Source of the DNA: Lingula anatina
Lineage: Eukaryota; Animalia; Brachiopoda
DNA length: 64,000 nucleotides
Reading direction: 5' to 3'
NCBI GenBank assembly: GCA_051362555.1
Contig: CM120641.1
Location: 3,348,001-3,412,000, forward strand
In this document: in pieces, positions 11,181 through 23,139 of the stretch
Layout of the letters: each line of letters begins with the position of its first letter
Position numbering within the stretch: the first letter of the stretch is position 1
Made by a program: the position numbers and the translations under genes
Notes under the pieces: generated by a model
Databases searched by the model: none
Told to the model about the DNA's origin: nothing
The model's input: only the letters and a program-made list of their open reading frames with translations

Positions 11181-14100
11181 GGACTTCCAAAAGATCATGC
11201 CCCAGCACCCGTAAAAATTTAGTGTACTACTAAGCAAAAGTGCTTTACTTGCGTCCTGCGATCACCTACGTCTGAAGCTTAAACCACGTGAATGGAGAAC
11301 TAATTGAAATAAATGGAGTCGATGTAATAACGCATGGTTTGAATAGAAAATGATACTCCCATTTATAAATTCAAAACCAGAAAATCACTTTTTCATATTG
11401 CATTTGCAAATTGATAGCCCCCTCGTGACCATTCATTTATTGTCATTCCCTTCATGATCGCTGCGACGCTCTCGCAGTAAAAGCCTATTTTCATTTATTG
11501 AAGATTCCCCACACAATCGCAGAATGCACTTAGCAATGTTTATTTAACGTAATGAAAATCTACGAGTAGCGGGGAAAGATTTCCTAGGAGCGTATTTTAT
11601 CTGCCACAATTTTCCAGGCCTCGCTGAATAATAACGTAGGAAATTACCTAACAGCGAGACTCATTAAGTACCAGGAGAAATGAATGGATCACTACTAGCC
11701 AAGGTCAAAATACAAATTGGCTATTCATTTCGCGTGATCTAATAATCGTTATTATTTTTTTGAAAGAAATGGACGAGAGAATCGGAAATGTGACGGCCTT
11801 GTTGTTAAATCAACGTTGGATACAAACATTTCCATTTAACGCTACTATATGATTTTATTGAAGGTCTGTTTTTTGTAGAATTCCATAGGTTGGAAGGAAG
11901 GAATGATGCAGGGGCAGACTGGAAAAGTGACATAAAACATAACTCTTTACTGAGTAAAAATGATATTAAACCTGGCATAAAATCCAAAGATAGTGATAAT
12001 ACTATTGGCTTTTTCCTTTGTGTTGCTTGCTGTACAGTACTTTTATTAAAATCTAGCCTCAAAAAAGTAATTTCCCTGAAACCTGAGATGCGAGGATATT
12101 GCCTACAGAATTGGCGTAACAGAAATCCAGCGAGAGTCACCTACAGGCGATTTTATTTTAAGACAAACACAATGCATGATCGTGGCATATCTAGCCCCGA
12201 GCTTTGGGTACACTTTATAATCGGTAGATTTTTTCCAGGACCAGAACTTCTTCTAAAAATAATCACGCTATGCACTAATATTCACGTAGGTCCGTTGAAC
12301 ATACCAATGGTGACGTTGCTTAACACTATGACAACATCATTGTAACGCGCTGATGCCGTAGCATTACCAGTAGCTGCAACTTTTTACATTAATAGGGCGT
12401 TCTATACATACAAGTCACTTCATCATTTCAACCTTCAAAAACGGACACCGGGTGGTCGGGTAGCTTAAACTTGTTTTCTGACAGTTAGAAGTTATGTTAA
12501 ATACACAATGTACATAATTATCAATATCATAATTATCAAGCGACAGACAATACTTTACGAACAATTTTTCTTAATTATGATAGAGTCTAGGTGCTAAAGA
12601 AAGAAAGGAAGGAAACTGAACTAAACATTTGCATCAGTTGATTAGCCTGGAATTTTCACCTGTGAAACTCCCAGAAACTGTTCCATGATAAACATAAATA
12701 CATAAAAAATACAGTAAAAATAAGTTGAATATTTCTCTTGTGCTAATCTAGCATGCCAGTAATTCGATATCTTTGCAGACTTTGCACAAGTCTGTAGCTG
12801 TAGCATTTGCGAATCAACCCAAATTGGTTGCAATCCCTTTCAAAGCCGCGTCAAATATCACCTGACTATGTAATGTAACTGTGGCAGTGAAGACCAAAAA
12901 GAAAGCCATTACTTCCCAGTAATCATTCCATAAGTATTGTATAGATCTGTATAATTTGTTGCTAAGTTGTTATGACTAGTGTAGAGAGCCTGTAAAATGT
13001 AATATGTATGCATTTTAGTGCTCAATAAAGATTATAATTATATAAAAAAAATAAAGAAACCATATCAAAAAAAGTTACAACAAAATGGGAAAATCAAGTT
13101 ATAGAACAAGTTCACTGTATTAATCAGTATGTAATTTGACTTGTTCTTGCGTTTTTCACAATTGTTTTCCTCTCTGACTACATGGACTTCCAATTTCAGA
13201 TAAGTCACATTATCTGACACGCAGTCCGTTCCTGCTCTTTTCTGTTTCGGATGACGTCATAACGCGAACAGCTTTTCGTGACAGTGCAATACTGCAGTAT
13301 TAGATACTTATCGTATTCAAGTATTCTGTTGCCTTTTTCACCATTTCACCAGCTTGTATGGATTGTTCTTAATTTGATTCATTGCGTGACTAAATATGTG
13401 AAAAGCAGTTAGACTCTATAGCTACAGCCACGCTGAGGACCAAACGTTAACTTTGTATGGCTGCATTATCACTCTGGGGAAGTCTTCTGAATCACCAAAA
13501 AAGCTGGTTACCACACACATCACGTTTCCTAGTAACGCAATTCAGCAGACAGAAGACCAGACGGAGGCCGCGTAATAAGATTCGCTGTCAATTAGCCTAA
13601 AATAATTGTTTGTAGAAATGTTCTTTTTAAATGGATGACTAAACAGATCAAAAGCATGAAATAATCGCCGCGAGCCGAGCAATCAAGTTGATCCCTCGGA
13701 ATTAATTCCTGCAAAGGTAGAATGACTAAATGCTTCCACTGATTCAGCGTAGTGATTAATCGCACCGTCATTCAGCGGCTATCAATTTATCTAAATGTCA
13801 ATAAGGAAGACAACGCGGCTCCGCCATAATGTTTTTGTGATTTGCGTAATACGATAGTGCGCTAGGAGACACTATTCGTTTGATCATAATTACTGGGAAA
13901 TGAAGTCTTGCATATTCGTTGTTTAGATTCTTTCATGCCTTTTCTATTCACTAATTGAAGTCCTGTCGCTTTCACGATTCCGATTCACGATTACGCCCTG
14001 GTGTTGCCTTTGATATATATATATATGTATAAATATATGTTTTAAAAAATCAATTTGAATAAACCTGCCATGCAAGAAGAGTTAATAAAGAGAGTTGGTA

Positions 14101-16361
14101 AATGTGCGCCACGAGGAAGGAAAATTGCAGAAGATAGGTTGCACCCACTCATACTAACACAGAAATGAACATCGCGCTAGTACTACGTCCATTTATCCTT
14201 GCGTGCATCGAATGTTTACACCACCTTCCCCGCTGCCTTACAGCGTGGAATGACCAAATCTCAAACCAAAAACCGAACAATTATATAGATCAATAACAAT
14301 TTTGCATAGCTTTAAGTGTCATTAACCTTGCACATGACAACCTGCAGTTTCTCGTGCACGTGGAGTTGATCTTCTTATAGTCCATGTTTTGCAAACGCAC
14401 GCACGCAATACTAGGGCTTGCTACAAACTAAGACCAAGAAGCGTGTGGGTGTATATATATAAATATATATACACATGTATGTTACATATCATATTTCTTC
14501 CAGACAAAAAATCTTAAGTTTCCTAAATTTCTAAAAATTTACTGAATTGCATATTTGGAAGAAAAATTATAAATGTCAGAAAAAGCAATCTCTTGAACTT
14601 GTTATTTGTAACAGGCCAATCGCGGCAGTGAAGTCTGGCTATCACCTTGGATCACACTGTACCCTCTACCAGGAGCACAGGGAGGTGGTTTAAACCAGAT
14701 ATTCACCATATATTTATCTGGCTAATTTTGTTCACATTTCAGACCCAGCGAGAAATCTTAGTTAAAAAAAATAAACAAAATAAAAATAAATAATAAATTG
14801 ACGTCCCCACCGACCTGACTTCCGTTAGAGATTAACCTACCCTCTGATAACACAGTGGCCTCTAGAAAAGTATACAACTTTGAAGAATAGTCGATAATTT
14901 TGTTACTGACAACTAGTGGACCCTGTGGTCAGAGAGTAAGAGTAGCCACTGTCAGGACAGTCATGGTCAGAGCAGGCTGGTCAAGTTGTCAACCTGTACA
15001 TTCCTTCTACCCTTGGTAGAAAGTAAGAAATAGGGCACTCAAAGTATGTCCTTTTTTTCACAAATCACTTCAATCCTGCATACATCTGATACAGGTGAAA
15101 AAAGCTTACTGGGAATCACGCACATAAGTCCCATCTTTTGCATTAACCATTGTAAAAGTAGTAATGTTATTGTACAAATGTTTACGAAAAACAACTGAAA
15201 TGGCCGTAATATCAGTTACATCTATGAACTAGGCTTCTTTATTAAAACGCCTCCATTCATCTTTCTGGAAAAATCTCCTTGGGCCAGAAAGCCAATGCAG
15301 TCATCTATCTCCACTGAAGTTGTCTCTGTTATTGCTGTCATTCCGTCTCCAACTCATCCTAATCATTCAGAAACTTTTCCATACTCTTTGTAAGAATTGT
15401 GTAAGATATTAAAAAAGAACCTTGATACACATTAGTATCATGATACCACAACTTGGAAAAAATGATTAAAAGTAGCACAGACAATAATGCGAAATGACAG
15501 TGTGCAAGTAAGCTTGGTTATTGGAGGAAGTTGTTTAAGCTTATAAGCTGATGTATGCGGTTACATTTATTTGTCTTGGTTAGTGTCTCAAGTTCCAGAA
15601 TTTTGCTGTCTGAAAAATAGCTCTTCTTCCTGCGTCAAAGATTTTGAATCATATTTAGAAAAAAATAAAATGTACTCCGTTAAAGTTTTCCACAGTAAAA
15701 TAAGAAATAATTGTTTAATTGATGGAAACTGGTGTCATTGTACCAAAACACGCCATCAGCTGGTTAACATTTAGGCATCACAAGTTTAGCGTACACTCTA
15801 GGATAGATGATATTTGGGGTCATAAGTACACCAAGATTTTCAAGCTAGAAATTGAATCATAACCGTGCAAATTCGTTTTGATTATTCAGTCCCAATATGT
15901 TTGCACAGGCAAAAATCATGTAGGTTAGAATCTGACCTTTGATCCACTTTGTGATATTTTATCCGATATTGAATTTTCAGCTTTAATTTTTATGAAAACT
16001 GCTTTGTTAATGCAATTTTAGTCTGGCCTATAATATTATCATTTTGTATTTTCTTCAACATATCTTTAACATGTTTTATTTAAAAAAATTGAAGGTCGCG
16101 CTGTCGAAGACTGTTGTCATTATTTTTGTGTTATTAAAAGATATAAAATATTATCGATTAAATTTTCTCTCGCAGTTTATCCATACTGAAGCCTCGTACG
16201 TTTCAGTCAGGCTCAATGTTTGAATTCTTAACGTCTGTTTTTCACACCAGCATACGTGTATTAACATTTATTCTACAACAGATGTCGTGACATCTGTTTT
16301 CCAGGTTTTCATTTACTTCCACTCTACCACAGGTAGATTGACGCATAATTACAGGCCCTGT

Positions 16362-16826
16362 CACGCGCATGCACCTGCGCCCTAGCAATTTGAGCGAAGC
16401 GCGCGAAATTTAATTGATTTTAAGTTTAACTTTTAGACCTAAGTGGATGCGCAATGCACCTGCTTATGGCCGTAAATGAAGGATCGCTATTGTTTGCCTG
16501 ACACGCGTTGCGGCACACAACGAGACTGGACGCGGGAAGTTTCAAACTGGAATATTCAAGGTATCGATCCGCGCACACCTGCCTTGTAAAGCCAGTAGGA
16601 TTTCTTTGTTTATCTCCGGAATTTCAAAGAAAGGTAGTGCTAGAATGCATTGGAGCAGCCACAGAGGACGCTGCCAGCAGCTGCTTTCCCAACGAATTTC
16701 TTTTGTTTTCAACCAGAAGGTACAAGCGTCAGGGCAAAAAAAAAAAAAAAATGTCTGCTGGTATCAGCGCGTCTTATTATCGTCTGATAAGATGGACACG
16801 TGTTTGTGATCACCTGTTGCCACCTG
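16362..16826. promoter_or_regulatory. Candidate proneural bHLH enhancer of INSM
   Basis: CACCTG at 16372, 16457, 16576, 16811 and 16821. CAGCTG at 16678. CACGCG at 16362 and 16502. Sox-like ATTGT at 16489. Confidence 0.55.
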
Positions 16827-18252
16827 CATCGTCTGCCATAAACATTGAACACAAAGAGAATTTATAAAAGAAAGTTAATATTCGAGTACGGAATCTTTCT
16901 TTATCTATTGGATCTCTTTTATTAGTATTCTACTGGAGCATTTCAAGGAGTTTGTGTTTTAAATACAATTCTTGATGAGATTAATCGTGCATGAGGAATT
17001 GAAATAAATACAACATACATATAAAAATGCTTTTTTTATTCTCAATTATTTATTCTCAATTATTCTCTTATTTTGGTACTGTCGTATTATTATGAGTCAT
17101 TTGCAATAACAAATTTCATGATTGGTTATATTTCTATCCATAGATTATAGATTATAAAGAAGTAAAATCACAGTTAAGAAATCGCGTTAACACCTGAACG
17201 CACAGTTTAATCCCAAAACGAATCGATTTTATTGTCTAGATTTTAAACGTATTTTGTGCTTTTTTTCGACACAAAATGCAGCTAATGCCTGCGTCTGCGG
17301 GTTCCATTACATCAGATTATCCTAGTGTTTGCAATTTAAATTATCTTGGTTTGTTATTTTTTCGCTTTCCATATGTAAATGTGACCGTCTTTCTCCTACT
17401 TTCGATAGCTCTATTGACCTACTTACCATCAATTGTTAAAATCGAAGGCAGGAATTTCTAGATTTTCTTCCAAACTTCTCTGCGTCAGAACATCAAGTGT
17501 ATTTTTTGTCTGCAGCAAAATTGACAAACCATTTTAATAACAATTTTATTTTGTTTCATTTTCTCAAGTTCATGTCCCTCGCTGACATGAACAAAATGAC
17601 AACACAAATAACCTATATAAATGAGCGAGGTTTTAGGGGTCTTGCCAATATATACCAGCAATCCGAATTACAGAATGAAAAATTAAGAAAAAAAACCAAA
17701 GAGAATGAATATAATAATAATAAATTAATAGAGAATGAATACAATGAATAAAATCACCATATTTACGAAGTTTTAACGGAAGTAATAAATGAGATGTGTA
17801 TATATAATAATGATGCCGTCTTTTTAGTATTGTAATAACTTGTCTTTGCAGTCACTGATAAACTGTAATAAACAATTAAACAGTGATAACAAAATGAAGG
17901 TAAAGTCATTCATGGACACTCATGAAGTAGTGTTGAAATGGGATACAGTAGCGAAACTCCAAATAAATTGAACTTTTCCTGTATTCTTCAGCGCCGTTTA
18001 CTCGTCGCCAACAGTGTTGAGACAGGGCAAATGTTAATGCAAACATATCAGCTCTACCCATTTACGTTGTCGGATTCAGCTTGCAACTTGTTAACTAGAG
18101 AGATACTAGTTCTAACAAAGAGACGCAAAATATTGGACTACGTGCGAGCGGTTAAGAGATGCTGGGACAAAGTTTTTTTGGAAATTCACATGCTATTAGA
18201 TTTCCCTTCATTAACTTCTCATTGACATCTTAAATTTTGATTACACTTTTAC

Positions 18253-19028
18253 TTCCCATGCGAATCTGAAATATTTCCCACGCCGCTACGTGGCCTGGTT
18301 GACTCGTCACCTGCCTTTACGCACAAAAGACAGAAAAATAGCAACATTTTTAGAGAACATAAATTTCAACCCTTGTGTTCATATGTTTTTAATACGAAAT
18401 ATAAAATAAACTGTGTGAGCTGGTGTGGATGTCTCAATGTGTTTCAGTGCATATTGAATTTTTTAAACATTCATAGGTAATACACATCAGTGATTAGAGT
18501 AAGAATCTGACACAGACACAGCGGTGGCATTCACGACACACGACAAAAAGAGCGGACCAGTGTTGGAGGCGTGGCCTATTTTGGTGATGGACAGCTGGCG
18601 CGTGGCGGCGAGTGCCGTTTGTCAACTTCTCTCAAGTCGCAAACAAAGAAGACACGCGACTGGGTCGACTTGAAAAGCATTTCCCACAGCAAACATGTAG
18701 CATTCCACCGGGAAATCAGCTGTAACAAACCGTGGGAATTTCGCACTAGTTCTTTTCTTTGATTATTTCTGTTCTGCAATTTCATTAACACTAAATTTAT
18801 AGTTATCTAAGAACATGATTATTCAAGACTCCTTAGTACATTTAAAGATTTCAAAACAATCGTTGTTCTGTAGAACTGCATATATTTATATTTCTTTACC
18901 AGAGGAGAGACTGGGAAAGGAAATTTTCAATTGACTCATTTGTAGCCCTTAAAGTCCTGTAAAAGTTAACTCTCCCACGAGGCGAACTTTCTCAAGAGAG
19001 AATTCGTTTTCACATGGGAACACGGGAA
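18253..19028. promoter_or_regulatory. Candidate Notch/Su(H) plus E-box enhancer of INSM
   Basis: Consensus sites TTCCCACG 18275, TTCCCACA 18681 and CGTGGGAA 18731. Variants TTCCCATG 18253, CATGGGAA 19013 and CACGGGAA 19021. E-boxes CACCTG 18308, CAGCTG 18592 and 18717. Confidence 0.5.
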
Positions 19029-19378
19029 TGAAACTTTTTCCTCGTGGAAACACACTAGAAATGTTATCAACTAATTCATAATAACATCTAAGCTCTCAAA
19101 CAGAGTGGCAATTTGACAACATGATAGCGCAATGGCTTAAAGCTAGAACATTTCCTCTTCCTCTCTATCTACGCCATGAAAAAAGTCTAGCATTTGAAAT
19201 TTGAAATTACAGGTAAAGTAGCTTTTTTTAATCCTTGTACCCTCGCCCTTCATGAAAAAATCTGCTCTTTTTCTGTCAAAGTGGAGCCATGAGATAAAGA
19301 GCGATGACGGTGACTATCTACCCTCAACCAGGGTCACAAATTGATTTTTCACTAGATATTCACATATATAGCTAATTC

Positions 19379-19520
19379 GGGGCCGTAGCAATAGTCCGAA
19401 GGTTCATTGGTCCGAATGTTCACTATAGAACCTTCGGACCAATGAATCCTGGATTAAAACACTGGTAAAAAAATGTTACCATTTTTCGGACCAATGAACC
19501 TTCGGACTATCGAGACGCCC
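19379..19520. mobile_element. 142-bp MITE with TIRs and an 8-bp target-site duplication
   Basis: Left ATAGTCCGAAGGTTCATTGGTCCGAA is the exact reverse complement of right TTCGGACCAATGAACCTTCGGACTAT. GCTAATTC flanks both ends (19371-19378 and 19521-19528). Confidence 0.85.
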
Positions 19521-20616
19521 GCTAATTCATGACACAAATCTCTAGTGCATGGTAGAGGGTAATAACTATTTCCTCTGTCTAACATAAGTACTCAGGATGT
19601 TCAATATTTTAACCGTTAATGTTGATGCATTTTTTTAAATGTTTGGAATTTACAGAGCAATGAAAATTATTTTGAATTCTTCACTAAAATTACAATCCCA
19701 TGGGATTCGACGAAAACAAAAAATATTTAATTGATAGACTTTAGACTAACGAGTTACGGTTAAAAGCATATCAATTAGTATTGAATGTTTACCTTGAAAT
19801 ATAAACGCATTTGTGCTGAAATTGCATGAAATAAAAAGCAACCGCCAGAACAACCCCTATTTTTCTAAATAACAATCCATTTAAGCAATCTGAAAGAGGG
19901 TAAAAAAAAGTATCATACTATATAGGAGATAGATATTGCCAGTCACTTCGTGAATAGCTCTCTCTTTTCAAATCCCTGTAGCTGTATACTGGTATGGTAA
20001 GGCTAATAATAACTAAGCTTCTGGCGGTCCGTCGCTATTCTACTAAGCTTCCTAGATTTTCCAACTAAATAGCGCAACACATTGACTGAATGGAATGTGC
20101 AATTACGAGAGCATTTTGCGCTGTACCATTCAAGTGCACTATATATTTATTTTCCCACCACCTTTCGCAGAATTTGGTATTTGTGTCCGAAAATAATTTC
20201 AATTTGAGTAAATGAACATTTCCGAACAGCTATTAGGACTGATTTGATTAAGACTTTGCTATTCAACACCGTTATCGATTTGTTCTCATAATACATTCAC
20301 AGAAATAAATACACCAAAAACCTTAAATTAATAGCCAGATTGTAAAGTTGTCGATGAGACGCCAGGGAATGTTATCATTATTTTTTTATTGAATATTTCC
20401 TCGTTGTTAGAAAGAGAGTAAAATCCATGTAAACACTATACCCGGTGAAGTTAATTCATTGAAGATAATGATAATACAACTACGGGCTAGATTTGTGTTC
20501 AGCTATCCCCTTTTAATATCTCAGTTCGATCAATAATCTGGAGTGTTGTCTTAGCTAAGCATGTGTGATCAAATGCCAGAAGTGCGCACGATCTCTAAAT
20601 CAGCGAACGACCGGAG

Positions 20617-20705
20617 AACAAAGGTATTTAACAAGGGCAGCTGTATGCAAATGACGCATTAAGTCTACCTGGACCGCACGCGCCAGTCTCATTAGCATAA
20701 CAAAC
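20617..20705. promoter_or_regulatory. Candidate Sox/POU/bHLH module upstream of INSM
   Basis: AACAAAG 20617, CAGCTG 20638, perfect octamer ATGCAAAT 20645, CACGCG 20677, ATTAGCATAACAAAC 20691. Confidence 0.5.
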
Positions 20706-22571
20706 AAGCCTGCTTCCTCTGCTCCCTGCAATCAACGAGCACTATGATAAAGCGTCAACTGCGATTGCCTAATACGCTATAATTTCACTCGCCGTTACTG
20801 TATTGTTAAAAACATGTAGTAAACTGCGAAATCGAATGTCGTCGTCTCTACGGAGATCAGCTGTCTAGGTAAATAAAGCATGCTGAATGGGAATTTTTGC
20901 TATATCACTAGTATACACATGTAAAACATTCCATGTGGATTCCCCTTAAATATATACCCTTTCATTTTTATTTTATTTTATTTTGAGGAAAAAGCCCAAT
21001 TTTCAATTCGAGCACCTTTCTTCTTGGGGCAGACGCATTATTTTACACAAACGGAACACCATTACAGATCAAATCAAGACAATAAATTACTCATTTTATG
21101 ACACGGTAACTCATGTGTAAAAGTTTTGCAATTTCAAGCCGACCTGGTGTATATTAAATCGATATCGTTAGCTGATACGAAGCCTAATCAATTGACAGCG
21201 AGCGGAGAACATCGCTAGTAGCAAGTGAAGTAAATGATTGTTATGTCCTTCATTGTGAGTAGTGTGTGAGTGGCACAATTTGGTGGCTTCTTTCTTTATA
21301 ATTACTCTCAGTGACGGATGACTCTGTAGTATTGCTCTTTGGTCTTTATTCGCGCAGATATGAATGGTTCATTCATGGTGCCTTAACAATGCTTTAGCAG
21401 TGTCATTATCCAGGAGTTCTTTTTTGTTTATGAGGTATTCAAATAGAGTTTAGTATCGTCGATATGAAATTTTGCTTTCATAACGGTGGCGCGTATTTTT
21501 CGAGGAAAAAAAGTAACATGAGACGAATTGAATTTATGTGAAAGTCTCAAATGATCTGACAGGAAAGAATTGATACGTGCAGGGTTGATATCATGGTGGC
21601 AATAAAAACAAGCGACTGCGGTTTGAACACACACAAACACACTAAAAAAACGGTGCATCTAATCCTATATTACTTTTCTCCTTTTATTATATTGTATGGC
21701 GATTAAACTTCAAATGACCAATATCTCAGGCCTTATCACGGTCTAGTCCACGTAAGTGTACTAACAAATCCCTGCATCCTTGAATGGTAGCGAATTATTT
21801 TCCTTTATTGAACCAACGCAGCTGCCACTACATACAGGCAGTATGCGACATAACACAGAAAGGAGAAAAATCACGCTTCACCACAAATTTGCGATCAAAT
21901 TGTATCCTAGCTCTAAGCTCAATCGGGCTTAAACCAAGTCAACAAAAATCGCTCTCTTTGTTACCCTAGTGAGCATTAAGAGTGATTACACAGCAAACAC
22001 GAAGTGTTGTGTTTTGCCACATGCCTGTGATTGGGCTCGCGTGCCACTGAATGCAAGCTCCGTTTGCATTCCAAACTGAACTACGTGAGCTAATATTGAT
22101 AAGCTTTGCTAACGTCTGTAAAATTAGCTGGAGTTTCATTGTTCACATTGATCATTTAAGAACAATGTTTGATGACCAATCAGTTCTGAGGAATGGGGTA
22201 TCGATCACGGCAGATGCGTGTGTATGTTTGTGTGTTGATGTGAAAAGAGGGAGACTTCAGTTCTCTCCAAACAAAAATTGCGTTAGCAAAAGTTGACTTC
22301 CGTAGAAAAGAATAGATTTTAAGGCACAATGGTCTCTAGTGTTTAGGCACTCAGTTTCGATTTTTTTTTCTTGCCAAATGAATGTCTGAGATAATTAATT
22401 TCTACAGGCAATTTATAAATAAAAATAATTAATTAATCAATCAGTAACGGCATGAAATATTACAAATACCTTATAGTAAATCATGGATAAAATAAAACGA
22501 ATTTCAAAGGCTTATCAGAAATATGAAATTTGTGATTTGTTTGTTTTCATTGAAACCCCAGAATGTCTCCC

Positions 22572-22992
22572 CACCTGATGCGCACGAGCCATGATTAGCA
22601 TAACAAAGGTGTGGACTGTCACTCAAGCTTTGCGCCGCAGTCCTATGTCATTCGCTGCCTATAAAAGCACTGTAGCTATGTCGTTTTGCCTTCGGATCAC
22701 CTGTGATAGCTGCATAGAGCACTACACTCTGTTTCACACTTTGCTGCGGTTGAAAAGTACAGTATCTATCACTGATGGTAAAGATTATCACCAGCGGGCG
22801 CTGTATAATAAACCAGAACCACTGTGACTCACTACCAACTTACGGAAAAGAAAAGGCGAAAAACCGCGGAGGAAGGCCGCCGAGAAAGTCTGGAAATCGT
22901 TGACATTCTGAGACAAGTTGACAGAAATTCATGTTCATCGTAATTTTCACTATAAATATTGCATAGACCCGTATCTGCAGCGTTGTCTCAGT
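22572..22992 (+). promoter_or_regulatory. INSM proximal promoter region
   Basis: CACCTG 22572, Sox-Oct composite ATTAGCATAACAAAG 22594-22608, TATAAAAG 22660-22667, CACCTG 22698. A second TATAAAT at 22951 has an Inr-like TCAGT at 22988. The TSS cannot be determined from sequence. Confidence 0.55.
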
Positions 22993-23139
22993 GTGTTCAG
23001 CCATTTGATCGATCGATCATCACCAACAGGACCACGGTGTGAACGCTGTAGTGAGCGAGAGAGTGTGCGGATTCACACACAACTCCGGGAGAAGGCAGCC
23101 AGGAAGGCTGTATAGTAGTGCCACCGTGGACAGCAGAGG

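Noticed and set aside
11890-12345. 151-aa ORF in the intergenic region
   Set aside because: Non-ATG start, no recognisable domain and no supporting exon structure. Likely chance.
12842-13040. Possible LINE 3' end (AATAAA plus A-rich tail)
   Set aside because: No reverse-transcriptase remnant or TSD recognised.
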